Shown: positions 29,261-41,622, counted from the first letter of the stretch. The stretch is DNA of 64,000 nucleotides from Alphaproteobacteria bacterium (GCA_963555825.3 CAUVXB020000002.1:960001-1024000), one strand, 5' to 3'. The notes: a model not told the origin generated them from the letters alone. Made by a program: numbers and translations.

Positions 29261-30752
29261 CGACTTTCTCTCCTCTGTACCGAGCCTCGCCGCGCGCATC
29301 GGCGGGCGCGTCCGCTTCGCTGCGCCACAGGTGCATCGCGGCATAGGCGCGCCACGGCCGCCAGGCCTCGGCGCTGGTCGACAATCCCTTGACACCGCCG
29401 GCGATACCGAGCCGGGCGGCGGCGCGCAGCAGCCCGAGATCGGTCGCCGGGAAGGCGTCGGGCTCGCCGCCCGCGCGCATGGCGATGTACTGCGCGGTCC
29501 AGGCGCCGATGCCGTCGAGCGCCGTCAGTTCACCGACCAGCCGATCGAGCCCAAGCGCGGCGTCGAAGCCGACGCGGCCGTCGCGGACCGCCCGCGCCAG
29601 GCCCTCGATCGCGCGCGCCCGCGCCTTGGGTATGCCGATCGCCGCCACGTCGGCCGCGGCGAGCGCCTCGGGCGTCGGGAACAGATGGCTCAGGCCATCG
29701 CCCGCGCCCGCGATCGCCTCACCGAACGCGGCGGCCAGGCGGCCGGCCAGTGTCGAGGCGCCCTTGACCGTGACCTGCTGGCCGAGGATCGCGCGCACGG
29801 CGAGCTCGAAACCGTCCCACGCGCCCGGCAGGCGCAGCCCCGGCCGGGCCGCGATGAGCGGCGCCAACGCGGCGTCGCGGCCCAGATGGCCGGCGATCTC
29901 GGCCGGGTCGGCGCCGAGGTCGAAGATGCGGCGCACGCGCTCGACGACGCGGATCAGGGCGCCCGGCTTGGAACAGGCGACGCGCAGCTCGAGCTGCGCC
30001 GTGCCGGGCACCGGGCGGACCTCGATGGCGCCCCGGGCGCCGTCGAGCGAGATCGTCCGGGCATAACAATCTGGCGTCACCCGTTCGACCCCCGGGATCG
30101 CACGCAGCGCCAGGAACGCGATGAGCGACGGCCAGTCATAGGGCGGCCGGAAGGCGAGCCGGAGCCGCATGCCGTCCGCCGTGTCACGACGCCGCGCGGT
30201 GCGCCGCAGAACTCCCGGCGCCCGGCCGTAGCAGGCGCGGAACACCGCATTGAAGCGCCGCACACTGCCGAAGCCCGCCGAGCCGGCCACCGCGGCCATC
30301 GCCATGTCGGTTTCGTCGATCAGCTTCTTGGCGAACAGCAGGCGCCGCGTCCCCGCGACCGCGCGTGGTGGCGCGCCGAGGTGGCGGTTGAACAGCCGCG
30401 CCAGGTGGCGCGCGCCGATGCCGAGGCGTTCCGCGAGCGCGTCGACGTCGCCGTCGTCGAGCGCTCCCGCCGCGATCAGGCGCAGCGCGCGCGACACCGT
30501 CGTCTGGGTACCGAGCCAGGCGGGCGTGCCGGGCGAGGCCTCGGGCCGGCAGCGCAGGCAGGGCCGAAAGCCGGCCTCCGCCGCCGCCGCGGCGCTCGGG
30601 AAATAGCGCACGTTCTTGGCGTGCGGCTGTCGCACCGGGCAGATCGGCCGGCAATAGACGCCGGTCGTCACGACGCCAGTATAGAAGCGGCCGTCGAAGC
30701 GCGCATCGCGCGCCAAGCGCGCCCGTTCGCAGATCGCATCGTTCAGTTCCAT
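29238..30752 (-). CDS. alkA: Ada/AlkA fusion (Ada Zn domain, AraC HTH, 3-methyladenine glycosylase II)
   Basis: TTGVYCRPIC, FRPCLRCRP, AILGQQVT, GIGAWTAQY HhH, WRPWRAYA. Confidence 0.92.
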   Translation of the reverse strand: MELNDAICERARLARDARFDGRFYTGVVTTGVYCRPICPVRQPHAKNVRYFPSAAAAAEAGFRPCLRCRPEASPGTPAWLGTQTTVSRALRLIAAGALDDGDVDALAERLGIGARHLARLFNRHLGAPPRAVAGTRRLLFAKKLIDETDMAMAAVAGSAGFGSVRRFNAVFRACYGRAPGVLRRTARRRDTADGMRLRLAFRPPYDWPSLIAFLALRAIPGVERVTPDCYARTISLDGARGAIEVRPVPGTAQLELRVACSKPGALIRVVERVRRIFDLGADPAEIAGHLGRDAALAPLIAARPGLRLPGAWDGFELAVRAILGQQVTVKGASTLAGRLAAAFGEAIAGAGDGLSHLFPTPEALAAADVAAIGIPKARARAIEGLARAVRDGRVGFDAALGLDRLVGELTALDGIGAWTAQYIAMRAGGEPDAFPATDLGLLRAAARLGIAGGVKGLSTSAEAWRPWRAYAAMHLWRSEADAPADARGEARYRGEKVDVLHAYG

Positions 30753-30908
30753 GGCCCGAGGATAGCCCGTTCGGGCGCCGCCGTCTGGCCGTTTTCGGAC
30801 TCGGTTACGCGCGTTGTTCGTGGATCATCTTTACGCCGCAAAGATGATCTCCGCTCAATCGTCGCTCAGGCTCTCGCCGAACGGTCGGCGGCGCGCAGTC
30901 GCGCGCTG

Positions 30909-30934
30909 GCACAATCCGATCGATCGGATTGTGC
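30909..30934. repeat. 26-bp perfect palindrome, related to 18133-18164
   Basis: GCACAATCCGATCGATCGGATTGTGC. Confidence 0.7.
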
Positions 30935-30980
30935 GCGAGGCGCTATGCTGGCGCCGGTGAACGGCTTGGAAATCGACGCC

Positions 30981-31484
30981 ATGACCACCTCGAACCGGCT
31001 CGAGCGGATGATCGACCGGCTGACCGCGCAACGCGACCTGCTGGCGCGGGCCATCGCGCTGGTCGGCGATCTGCCCGGTCCGGTGCTCGAGTTCGGCCTC
31101 GGCAAGGGACGGACCTACGACTTCCTGCGCGAGCGCCTGCCGGGGCGTGAGATCTTCGCCTTCGACTGCGACGTCCACTGCCCGCCCGACTGTGTGCCCG
31201 ACGGCGCGCATCTCCTGCTTGGCGAGTTCCGCGACACGGTGCCGGGCGCGCTGGCGCGCATCGGCGCGGCCGCCGCGCTCGCCCATTTCGACATCGGCAC
31301 CGAGGACCGCGCCGCCGACGCCCGGCTGGTCGCCTGGCTCGGCCCGGCCGCGGCGCCGCTGCTGCGGCCCGGCGGCGCGGTCGTCGCCGACCGCGAAATG
31401 CGCGTCGCGGGCTGGACGCCGGCGCCGCTTGACGCCACATTGGGCGACGGCCGACATTATCTTTACCGGGTCGACACGCCATGA
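30981..31484 (+). CDS. class I SAM-dependent methyltransferase-like protein
   Basis: RLTAQRD..GPVLEFGLGKGRTYDFLRE..IFAFD. Confidence 0.8.
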   Translation: MTTSNRLERMIDRLTAQRDLLARAIALVGDLPGPVLEFGLGKGRTYDFLRERLPGREIFAFDCDVHCPPDCVPDGAHLLLGEFRDTVPGALARIGAAAALAHFDIGTEDRAADARLVAWLGPAAAPLLRPGGAVVADREMRVAGWTPAPLDATLGDGRHYLYRVDTP

Positions 31485-31494
31485 GGCCTCACGC

Positions 31495-32298
31495 ATGACC
31501 ACCGACGCGCACGACCGCCACGACCGCGCCGCCGCAGCGATCGCCGCGGCACGCCTGGCGCACCGGCCAATTGAGCCCTTGCCCGATGCCATCCGGCCGG
31601 TCGACCTCGCCGCCGCGCATGCCGTCCAGGACGCGTTGCACGCCCGGCTCGCGGCGGCCGGCATGGGCGCGCGGGTCGGCTACAAGATCGGCTGCACGAC
31701 GGCGGTCATGCAGGAGCGTCTCGGCATCACGCACCCTTGCGATGGCGGCATCCTGGCGGCCAACGTCCACCGCGGGCCGGCCGAGCTGCGCCACGGCGAT
31801 CACATCCGGGTCGGCGTCGAATGCGAGATCGCGGTGCTGCTCGGCGCCGATCTCGCGCCCGAGGACGCGCCGTTCGGCCAAGCCAGCGTCGCCGACGCGG
31901 TCGAGGCCTGCATGGCGGCGATCGAGATCGTCGACAGCCGCTACGCGGACTTCCACACCCTCGGCGTCGAAACGCTGATCGCCGACGATTTCTTCGGCGC
32001 CGGCTGCGTGCTCGACGACCCGGTGACCGACTGGCGCGATCTCGACCTCGCGGCGGTCGAGGCCTGGACGCTGATCGACGGCGTCGAGACCGGCCGCGGC
32101 CGGGGCGCCGACGTCATGGGCCATCCCTTGGCCGCGCTCGCCTGGTTGGCCAACGATCTGGCCGGGCGTGGCCGAGGCCTCAAACGCGGCGAGTTCGTGC
32201 TGACCGGCAGCATGGTCGCCGCCGAGTATCCCGAGCCGGGCCAGACCGCCGAGGTCGTCGTCGACGGCCTGGGCACCGCCCGCGCGCGTTTCGTCTGA
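31495..32298 (+). CDS. 2-keto-4-pentenoate hydratase / FAH family protein
   Basis: [39 protein letters not shown]. Confidence 0.88.
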   Translation: MTTDAHDRHDRAAAAIAAARLAHRPIEPLPDAIRPVDLAAAHAVQDALHARLAAAGMGARVGYKIGCTTAVMQERLGITHPCDGGILAANVHRGPAELRHGDHIRVGVECEIAVLLGADLAPEDAPFGQASVADAVEACMAAIEIVDSRYADFHTLGVETLIADDFFGAGCVLDDPVTDWRDLDLAAVEAWTLIDGVETGRGRGADVMGHPLAALAWLANDLAGRGRGLKRGEFVLTGSMVAAEYPEPGQTAEVVVDGLGTARARFV

Positions 32299-32314
32299 GG
32301 CGGCCCGCCGCGCC

Positions 32315-33040
<726 letters not shown>

Positions 33041-33043
33041 CGC

Positions 33044-34219
33044 GTGTTCGATCGCATCTGGGTCGTCTTCGCCAAGGAGACCATCGACAACCTGCGCGAC
33101 TGGCGCAGCGTGTCGGGCGCGATGATCTATCCGTTCATCGGTCCGATACTGGTCGGCATCCTGATCGGCGTCGTCGGCAAGGCGATCGTCGAGCTGCCGA
33201 AGTCGACCTTCCAGCTGCCGATCGTCGGCGCCGAGCGCGCCCCCGGGCTGATCGACTATCTGCATGAACGCGGCGTCGAGGTGGTCGCGGCACCTGCCGA
33301 CCCGAAGGCCGCGGTGCGCAGCGCCGAACACGACACCGTGGTTGTCGTGCCCGAAGCCTACGCCGCCGACTTCGCCGCCGAACGCCCGGCCGAGATCGTC
33401 ATCGTATCCGACGGCTCGAGGCTCTCGGCGGTGCTCGCCATGAGCCGCGCGCTCGTGCTGTTGCGTGCCTACGGCGCCGAGGCCGGCGCGGCGCGGCTGC
33501 GCGCGCGCGGCGTCGATCCCGTGATCGTCGACGCCATCGAGGTGCGCAACGTCAACGTCGCGGTCGGTCGCAGTCTGTCCGGCTTCTTCCTCAACATGAT
33601 GCCGCCGCTGATTATTTTCACGGTCTTCGTCGGCGGCATGTATCTGGCGATCGACGCGACCTCGGGCGAGCGCGAGCGCGGCTCGCTCGAGCCGCTCTTG
33701 ACCAACCCGATCGCGCGCTGGGAATTGATGGCCGGCAAGGTTGGCGCGGCGCTCCTGTTCACCGGCGCCGCGGTCGCCGTGCAGCTCTCCGCCTTCATGG
33801 TGATGTTCGAATTCCTGATCGGCGAGACGATCGAGATCCAGGAGACGCCGGGCGTCCTGGTCTATCTGGGCATCTTCGTGCTCGCCCTGCCGCTGATGCT
33901 GTTCGCCGTCGCGCTGCAGTCGGTGATCGCGGCGGTGACGCGCAGCTTCAAGGAGATGCAGACCTATCTCGCGCTGCTTCCCCTGGTGCCGTCGGTGCCT
34001 GGCCTGGTGTTCGTCTTCGTCGCGGTCAAGGCGCACGCCTGGATGATGACCATCCCGACGCTGAGCCAGACCGTGTTGATCGGCCAGGTCATGCGCGGCG
34101 AGCCGCTGAGCGCGCTGAACGTGGCGATCGCCAGCGTCGTCACCACGGCCTGCGCGCTTGGCCTGCTGGCCATCGCCGTCCGCCTCTACCGCCGCGAGGC
34201 GCTGCTGTTGGGGGGGTAG
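33044..34219 (+). CDS. ABC exporter permease (NatB-like)
   Basis: [31 protein letters not shown]. Confidence 0.9.
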   Translation: MFDRIWVVFAKETIDNLRDWRSVSGAMIYPFIGPILVGILIGVVGKAIVELPKSTFQLPIVGAERAPGLIDYLHERGVEVVAAPADPKAAVRSAEHDTVVVVPEAYAADFAAERPAEIVIVSDGSRLSAVLAMSRALVLLRAYGAEAGAARLRARGVDPVIVDAIEVRNVNVAVGRSLSGFFLNMMPPLIIFTVFVGGMYLAIDATSGERERGSLEPLLTNPIARWELMAGKVGAALLFTGAAVAVQLSAFMVMFEFLIGETIEIQETPGVLVYLGIFVLALPLMLFAVALQSVIAAVTRSFKEMQTYLALLPLVPSVPGLVFVFVAVKAHAWMMTIPTLSQTVLIGQVMRGEPLSALNVAIASVVTTACALGLLAIAVRLYRREALLLGG

Positions 34220-34279
34220 GGTCGAGCGTCGAAGGGGTTTGCCTCGGCGCGGGCGATGCAGTAGCGTCGCGCCGACGCC

Positions 34280-34356
<77 letters not shown>

Positions 34357-34475
34357 TATTTTCAACGAGTTGGCAGAGAGAAACCAGTTCAAAATTGTGC
34401 CTCGAAAGCATGGCGGAAGCATATCGTGGAAATGTTGTTTATGATTAGGTGGAGAAAGGAATAGAAAGACGTCCC

Positions 34476-36970
34476 ATGGCCAAGGAAATCAAGACGTTGC
34501 ATATCGACCACTTGCGGATAAACCCGCACAATTACCGCCATGACAATGTTGCCGACGAGGCCACCGCGATTGCGACCTTGTTATACCAACGGCGCAAAAT
34601 TCTGACTCGCAAGGGATTCCCTTTTTGGGCTGGATGTGATTCAAGGCTGGCGAAGGAGATTCGCCATGTCAGTATGCATTGCTCTTCGGGACGACTACGA
34701 CAGCATTGAGCTCCGGTGTTTGGCCAAGCACAGTCGCGATCCCCGCCAAGTTCGCCGGCTTTTGGCCTTGGCGGCGGTTTACGACGGCATGAGCCGAGCG
34801 GAAGCCGCTAAGGTCGGCGGCATGGATCGCCAGACGCTGAGAGACTGGGCGCACCGCTTCAACGATGAAGGGGCAGACGGCTTGAAGAACCGTCCCGGTG
34901 CGGGCCGCCCCCGGCTCTTGACCGACGAGCAGATGGGCGAACTGTCGGTGATCGTCGAAACGGGCCCCGATCCAGAGATTGACGGTGTGGTTCGCTGGCG
35001 GCGGGTTGACCTGAAACGGGTGATCGAAGAACGCTTTGGCGTGATCTATAGCGAGCGGGCGATCTCCGACCTTCTCGTCGCGCTGTCCTTCTCCCACATC
35101 AGCGCCCGGCCGCAGCACCCCAAGCAGGACCAGCGGGTGATCGAGGCGTTCAAAAAAACTTCCCCCGCACGCTCGCTGCCCACCTAGCCGGTCTGCCCAA
35201 GACCAAGCGGGTCGAGATCTGGTTCCAAGACGAGGCCAGGCTGGGACAGAAGAACGGGCGTGTGCGCATTTGGGCGAAGAAGGGAACAAGGCCACGCCTG
35301 CCCGCCGATCAGCGCTACACGAACGCCTACCTCTTTGGCGCAATCTGTCCCATGGGAGCCAAGGGTGCCGCTCTCATGCTCCCCTTCGCCAACACAGCCG
35401 CCATGCAGATGCATCTCGACGAGATCAGCTGCAACGTCGCCGCCAAGGCCCATGGCGTCGTCCTGATGGACCGCGCCGGGTGGCACAGCACCGACCAGCT
35501 CAAGGTCCCCAAGAACCTCACCATCATCCTGCTGCCATCGCGCTCGCCCGAGCTGAACCCGGTCGAGAACATCTGGCAATACCTCCGCCAGAATTGGCTC
35601 TCTAACCGCGTCTTCGAAGATTACGACGCCATCATCGAGGCCGGTTGCCAAGCCTGGAACAAACTAATCGACCAGCCCGAGACGATCATGTCCATCGGAA
35701 TGAGAGATTGGGCGATTTCAGGTCAATAATTAGTGCCGTTGGTATTAGACACCCTTCCCTTTAGAATGAAGAATCTCGCCAAGGATATCGCTAAAACCGG
35801 TGAACTGTTCGTGTTACCTATGGTGGGATCGAAAGAGAACGGCACCCACATCGTTTTTGACGGCAACCGCCGAGTGACATGTCTCAAGTTGCTAAATAAA
35901 CCTCATCATGCCCCGACAGAGGAATGGCAAGAGTTCTTCTCGAAAACGGCCAAGGGCTCGGAAGTTCCCCTTCCCCTGAAAATTGACTGTCAAATCGCAA
36001 CGGACCAGGACTGGATCGATAACTACCTCTATCGAATTCATACTGGCAGCCAAGACGGTGTTGGACAAATTAACTGGGGTAACCCGTCGAAAGCGCGTTT
36101 CGTGGAAAGAACGGGGAAATCAACCAAACTCAACCTGCCGGGCATAATCGAAGAAAAACTTCGATCCGGGGAACTTATCGATGAAAATCTGAAATTCAAG
36201 CACACCAACCTGGAGCGACTTCTATCCTCGGAGGAATTTCGTTCCCGTGTCGGTATCTCATTGAGAACCAGGGAGATCGTGTTTATCCGAGATGTGGAAA
36301 AATCGTTGGCCGCCTTGGTTCGCGTCGTCGAGGACCTTGCGGCCGGCACGCTCAACTTGAACCACTTGTTGGTCAACAAAAAGAAACGGAAATACCTGAA
36401 CGACCTTGAGAAGGAGGGTGTTCTGCCAACGGCTCACGATGAACTTGAGAACACCATAGTTTCAAGACGGGGGAGATAATACCTGCCCCAGAATACAAGC
36501 CGCCTCCAACTCCGAGGCCGAAACCGAAAGAACGAAAATCCCTAATTCGCGTGGAGGATGGTGTCAACCTCACATCACAGGCTCATACCAAAAGAGCCAT
36601 GGATATTTGGGGAGAACTTCAGCACTACCTCGAATTCGGAAAACACGACAATGCCATCGCCGTGCTGTTTCGGGTGTGTCTAGAATTCGCGGCGGAGAAC
36701 TACATCACCCGCCAATCGGTCTCTGGCGTTCACAACAACGACAAATTGGCAATGAAGTTTCGCAAAGCCTTGGATCATATGCTGGCGGCAAGGATGATTG
36801 AGAAGAAGTATCACGAGGGGTTGAAGAAATTTGAGAACACAGAGCCGATTCTGTCCGCCAACACGATGAACACGTATGTTCATCACAAAGATTTTTTCCC
36901 TTCAGACCATCATCTCAAGTCAATGTGGGATACCCTTTCAAATTTCATCGTGATCTGTTTGAAGGCATAA
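34476..36970 (+). pseudogene. ParB/Srx-like N-terminal domain protein with HEPN-like C-terminus, split by IS630 and frameshifted
   Basis: INPHNYRH...ATLL|DTLP rejoins across the IS; VFDGNRRVTCLKLL; frameshift between 36449 and 36476; LFRVCLE..NTMNTYVH. Confidence 0.75.
34584..35744 (+). mobile_element. IS630-family element with split transposase (34666..35729)
   Basis: TACCAACGGC/GCCGTTGGTA IRs flanked by TTA; A7 slippery run 35152-35158; FQDEAR, MDRAGWH, SPELNPVENIW. Confidence 0.92.
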
Positions 36971-36972
36971 AC

Positions 36973-37771
36973 ATGGTAATGAACCAACATTTTGAGGCTC
37001 GGTACTTTGTTGAATCTGACAACCACGAGTTCATTGGGCGGGTCTATGATCTTGGAGGCATGAAGGGCTTTCATTCAACAGTTATGACGAAATAGCGATA
37101 TTACCAGACTGCCTCTACGCTTTCGAAGTTGATGGATGGCTTTCTTCGTTAACCCGCCGTTTTGAATCATTGAATCTTGTCGGTGACATGCTATGGCCAG
37201 AGTGTTCCCTGGAGGTTTTCAAAGATTTTCCAGTATCAAAGTACGAATGGTGTAATGTCATTACCGACGTTTTTTGGTGAGGTTCGTTTCTGTAACTGAC
37301 TGCTGCCTACTGCTTTCAAATGCAGTGCTTGAATGTGGGCTTGACGTAAAAAATTCGACCCTCGGTAACCTACGAAAATTGACCGACAATCTGGCTATTG
37401 TGGGTTCTCTCGGACGAATTCAGCCCATACAGAGAGACCATCGGGTTGAACGAAATAAGAGATTTCACGGGGGTGTAGAAAGGGAATTCACCGATGATGA
37501 TCATACGTTCAAATCAGTCTCCATTTTTGAATTCCGTGGAACTGATCTAACGGGGACTGATAAGCACGGGCGAGAAATCGATTTTGCGAAATTCTTCCGG
37601 AACGCTATTGATGTGATGCGATCAGACTTCAATAAGAGTTGTCGGTTACTAAGCGAAGGGCTTTGCATACTTTATGATGAACTTGGAGATGAGTTCAAAC
37701 AACGATTCAGCCACAAAATGGCAAGCCACGGCAGGGATCATCCGATCTATGGATCGCAAAGAGAGTCCTGA
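36973..37771 (+). pseudogene. frameshifted HEPN-like protein
   Basis: RNKRFH (RxxxxH) in ORF 37274..37771; upstream frame (DEIAILPDCLYAF...ITDVF) joins at a T-run near 37270; a second break near 37065. Confidence 0.5.
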
Positions 37772-37927
37772 ACATCGCTAAACGCCCACTGTTCTTCTTG
37801 CAAGGTTATTTCTTCGGCATGGAATTCTGTCTGCTCCGAAACATGAGCAAGGGGCGGGGCATTAGTGAGGTGGTCCCACTTTGTTGGACAGTTTGGCAGC
37901 GCGGTTAAGGTGTATTCCGTTGTTTGA

Positions 37928-38857
37928 TCATGCTGCCAAAATCCTTTTTATCACATCCTGTTGCTGTTGTTGAGCCTGTGGGGATGTGGGCAAGGCGCGA
38001 GCCTTGTCCATCATATCCACAGGTTGACCGGCCCCGTAGGCCTCGGCCGGCGTTTGACCGTCGAGGGACGAATGGGGCCGCTCGGTGTTGTAGAAGCCGA
38101 TCCACTCGCCGATGACCCGTTCGGCGTGGAAGCCGTCGGTGAGCTCGTGTAGGTAGACCGCCTCATACTTGAGAGACCGCCACAGGCGCTCGATGAAGAT
38201 GTTGTCCATGCAGCGGCCCCGACCGTCCATGGAGATGCGGATGCTCGCGTTCTTGAGCACGCCGGTGAAGTCGAGGCTGGTGAACTGGCTGCCCTGATCC
38301 GTATTGAATATCTCCGGCTGGCCGTAGCGGGCCAGCGCGTCGCCCAAGGCCTCGGCGCAGAATCCAGCGTCCATGGTGTTCGACAGCCGCCAGGATAAAA
38401 CGTGGCGCGTCGCCCAGTCCATGATCGCTACCAGGTACAGAAAGCCACGCTGGACGGGGATATAGGTGATGTCGGCGCACCAGACCCGATTGGGCTGGTC
38501 GATAGCCATCCCTTTGAGAAGATAAGGATAAATCCGGTGCATGGGATGCGGCACGCTGGTTCTCGGCGCCTGATAGATCGCCTCCAGGCCTATCAATCGC
38601 ATCAACCTGCGAACCCGGTGACGGCCGACGCAAACGCCGTCCCGCCGCAACTGGCGGACCATCTGGCGGCTGCCGTAGAACGGGTACTTCATGAACAACT
38701 CGTCGATCCGACGCATCAGCGCCAGACTCGAAGGGCTCTCCCCCCTGGGCGCATAATAGAACGAGGACCGGCCGATCGAAAGCAGGCGGCATTGACGGCT
38801 CAAGCTCAGCTCGGGGGCGTCGCGTGTGATCATCGCCTTGCGCTCCCCCCGGCTCAT
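37928..38857 (-). CDS. IS3 OrfB transposase
   Basis: WCADITY, NTDQGSQF, DNIFIERLWRSLKYE. Confidence 0.93.
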   Translation of the reverse strand: MSRGERKAMITRDAPELSLSRQCRLLSIGRSSFYYAPRGESPSSLALMRRIDELFMKYPFYGSRQMVRQLRRDGVCVGRHRVRRLMRLIGLEAIYQAPRTSVPHPMHRIYPYLLKGMAIDQPNRVWCADITYIPVQRGFLYLVAIMDWATRHVLSWRLSNTMDAGFCAEALGDALARYGQPEIFNTDQGSQFTSLDFTGVLKNASIRISMDGRGRCMDNIFIERLWRSLKYEAVYLHELTDGFHAERVIGEWIGFYNTERPHSSLDGQTPAEAYGAGQPVDMMDKARALPTSPQAQQQQQDVIKRILAA

Positions 38858-39135
38858 CGCTTGAGCCCTCTGGCTAAAAAATCCCGTTCCACCGTCAGCT
38901 CGCCGATCTTGGCGTGAAGGTCGCGGACCTCGGATTCATGATCCCGGCAAGCGCGGTTGGCGCCGTTCGAAAACACTTCGCCCAGACCGTCCACCGCCTG
39001 GCGCTTCCAGGCGCTCACCTGGTTCGGATGCACCTTGTGCTTGGCCGCGATCTGCTGGATCGTCTTGTCGCCCCGCAGCGCTTCCAGCGCCACCCGGGCC
39101 TTGAATTCCGCCGTAAACCGGCGTCGATTCGTCAT
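38854..39135 (-). CDS. IS3 OrfA
   Basis: FTAEFKARVALEAL..VHPNQVSAWK HTH. Confidence 0.92.
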   Translation of the reverse strand: MTNRRRFTAEFKARVALEALRGDKTIQQIAAKHKVHPNQVSAWKRQAVDGLGEVFSNGANRACRDHESEVRDLHAKIGELTVERDFLARGLKR

Positions 39136-39370
39136 CTCGTATTCCTCCGTTATCCGGTGGAATACACCTTAGCTCCCTGTCCGATTTTCTGGGACCACCT
39201 CATTAGTGTCTTCGAGGCCGAGAACTTCCACCCCGAATCTATCCTGTGGACCGTTGAGGGTGAACTCCAGTCCATCAGCTTCATCGATCCCCAAGGGCAT
39301 CCGGTACGGAAAGGGTCTGAGCGACCCCAAGATTGAGTTTCGCAATACCATTAAGGAAATATAACGCCGC

Positions 39371-39763
39371 ATGCGGGAGCAAGGATCGGACCTCATCGAC
39401 TTCAACCCACCGGGCCGCAAGCGCACGAGCAAGGGGCGGCCCATCATCCCTATCCCGGTCGGCTTGCGTTGGTTCCTTGAACGCGCCAGCCTTCGCGGTG
39501 GCGAATTGGGCTATGTGATCAATCGCGATGGCGAACGGATCGCCGACATCAAACGGGCGTTCGCTTCGGCTTGCAAGACAGCCGGGCTAGGCGATGTAAG
39601 GCCGCACACCCTGCGCCATACGGCGGGTACCTGGATTGCCCAACGCGGCGTTCCCATGTGGGAGACCGCCGGCTATCTCGGGCACAGCCACGAGCGCACG
39701 GCCGAGCTTTACAACCACCATCATCCGGACCACTTGAGCCGTACGCGGGATGCGCTTGATTGA
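39371..39763 (+). pseudogene. C-terminal remnant of tyrosine recombinase/integrase
   Basis: HTLRHTAGTW, YLGHS, catalytic Y in AELYNHH; N-terminal domains and first catalytic Arg absent. Confidence 0.85.
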
Positions 39764-39866
39764 TGTCCGCGTTATGTCCGTTCTACGTGCCGATACCGGT
39801 GCAAACGCCGTCATTTACGTAGGAAACACGCCGGGAACAGCGGCGGTCATCTCGGACGGGCGTCAT

Positions 39867-39912
39867 CCTCCGAAGGCAGAGGTCACAGGTTCTAATCCTG
39901 TCGGGTGCGCCA
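39867..39912 (+). repeat. attR-like duplicate of tRNA-Arg 3' half
   Basis: CCTCCGAAGGCAGAGGTCACAGGTTCTAATCCTGTCGGGTGCGCCA, 45/46 identical to 34311-34356. Confidence 0.92.
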
Positions 39913-40202
39913 GTTCTGTTGCGCCGCGGCCGTCCGAGGAGGCCGGCTCGTCGGGCGGCGATGCCACCTTCCCGCCCGGGGGCAATTAGGGGCAGCCTTT
40001 TCGGCCCCAGACAAACACGCAGCCACCGCACCGGGATTGGCGCCAAGCGGGATCGCGTCGACGTTCGGCTGGGGGGTGTCAGGCGTCGTTGTCCTATGGC
40101 GTCCGCCGTCGCTTTGAGGCGGCGATACGGCGAAGCGCTCTGCGGTCGCCGCTGTCATCTCATAGGTGCGCCCGTCGCATTGCTCGCGGGCGCGCCAGGT
40201 CG

Positions 40203-40349
40203 TTACTCGCCTCCCGGCTCCTGGTCAGCCTTTTCTTGTTTCTTCTTGTCCGCTTTCTCCTTCTTCGCCTCGAGGCGCGCCGCCTTCTTCGCCGCTTTCG
40301 CCCGTTCACGCTCCAGGCGTTCGAACTTGTAGTTGTGCGTGCGCGCCAT
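40203..40349 (-). CDS. small basic protein downstream of cold-shock gene
   Basis: MARTHNYKFERLERERAKAAKK, 48 aa; similar small ORFs commonly follow csp genes in Proteobacteria. Confidence 0.7.
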   Translation of the reverse strand: MARTHNYKFERLERERAKAAKKAARLEAKKEKADKKKQEKADQEPGGE

Positions 40350-40377
40350 GATCGTCAGTCCACCCGGTATTAACGCG

Positions 40378-40587
40378 TCAGTCGAGGGCGACGAGGTTCT
40401 CGGCCGATGACTTGCCGTCGCGGCCCGGCACCAGCTCGTACTGAACCTTCTGGCCCTCACGCAGGCCGTTCAGGCCGGCGCGTTCAACCGCCGAGATATG
40501 CACGAAAGCGTCCCGGCCGCCGTCGTCCGGCTGCACGAAGCCATAGCCCTTGACGGTGTTGAACCATTTCACAGTTCCAGTCGTCAT
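40378..40587 (-). CDS. cold-shock protein (CspA family)
   Basis: GTVKWFN..KGYGFV RNP1 and AFVHISA RNP2. Confidence 0.96.
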   Translation of the reverse strand: MTTGTVKWFNTVKGYGFVQPDDGGRDAFVHISAVERAGLNGLREGQKVQYELVPGRDGKSSAENLVALD

Positions 40588-40826
40588 TTCTTCCAGTCCT
40601 TTCAAAACGATCGTTACGACACGGACCATCCGGCACCGCGTCGCGGAGTCACGAGGTTGCACAATGTCTCAGGGTAACTCGATTGGCGCGGCTGCGCCGG
40701 GGAGTGTCCGCCGTGGTCGTGTGTAACCCGCGCCCCCTAACTGGCGCGTAGAGCGCCGATGTGCAAGTAAAATAAACAGATAGGGGGATTCAATTTTGCG
40801 TGCGCAGAGGCCGATCGCGGCCCGTT

Positions 40827-41585
40827 TCAGTGCCCCGCCGTCGAGCCGCCGTCGATCTGGAAGGCCGCCCCGGTAACGAAGCGCGCGTCGTCCGAGGCCA
40901 GATAGACGATCGCCGTGGCGATCTCGCCGGCCGTCGCGATGCGCTTCAACGGCGCATAATCGATGACGGCTTGCTCGGCGGCCGCCACGTCTTCGGCCCG
41001 CTCGATGCCGTCGCGCCGCACCATGTCGGTGTCGACGTAGCCCGGGCAGACGCAGTTGACGCGCACCTCGGGCGCCAGCTCGAGCGCCAGCGCGCGGGTC
41101 ATGTTGACGACGCCGCCCTTCGACGCGCAATAGACGGTCAGGCCCAATTCGCCGATCAGGCCGGCATCTGACGCCAGATTGACGATGTTGCCCTTGGCCT
41201 CGCGCAGCGCCGCCAACGCGGCACGGATACAGAAGAACGTGCCCTTCAGGTTGACGTCGAGCGTCTCGTCCCAGGCCGCCTCGTCGAAGTCCTCGATCGG
41301 CCCGGTCCTGCCGACCCCGGCGCTATTGACCAGCACGTCGAGCCCGCGCAAGCCCGCGAGCGCTGCGCCGACGATGGCCTCGCAGCCGGCCGCCGTGGCG
41401 ACGTCGCCGGGCGCCGCGACCAGCCGGTCGCCACCGCCCAGGGCGGCGATCGTCGCCGCGGCCGACGGACCCGTGCGGCCGTTGATCGCGACCCGCGCGC
41501 CGCGCTCGTGAAACGCCACGGCCGCCGCCCGGCCGATGCCGCGACTGCCGCCCGTCACCAAGACCCGTTTGTCCGTCCAGTCCAT
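40827..41585 (-). CDS. short-chain dehydrogenase/reductase
   Basis: TGGSRGIG, NSAG, YCASK, VCPG. Confidence 0.93.
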   Translation of the reverse strand: MDWTDKRVLVTGGSRGIGRAAAVAFHERGARVAINGRTGPSAAATIAALGGGDRLVAAPGDVATAAGCEAIVGAALAGLRGLDVLVNSAGVGRTGPIEDFDEAAWDETLDVNLKGTFFCIRAALAALREAKGNIVNLASDAGLIGELGLTVYCASKGGVVNMTRALALELAPEVRVNCVCPGYVDTDMVRRDGIERAEDVAAAEQAVIDYAPLKRIATAGEIATAIVYLASDDARFVTGAAFQIDGGSTAGH

Positions 41586-41622
41586 GGGCGCCTCGCGCCG
41601 CTTCTCGTTGCCGGCCGATCTT

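Larger units (their letters stand above)
37866..39202 (-). mobile_element. IS3-family element
   Basis: IRs TGAGGTGGTCCCA / TGGGACCACCTCA; TSD TTAG (37862-37865, 39203-39206). Confidence 0.93.
34357..39912. mobile_element. decayed genomic island integrated in tRNA-Arg(CCG)
   Basis: 46-bp duplication of the tRNA 3' half (34311-34356 vs 39867-39912, one mismatch); truncated tyrosine integrase; low-GC cargo. Confidence 0.88.

Noticed and set aside
39867-39912. Second tRNA-Arg gene
   Set aside because: Only the 3' half is present and the T-loop is mutated; it is the att duplication.
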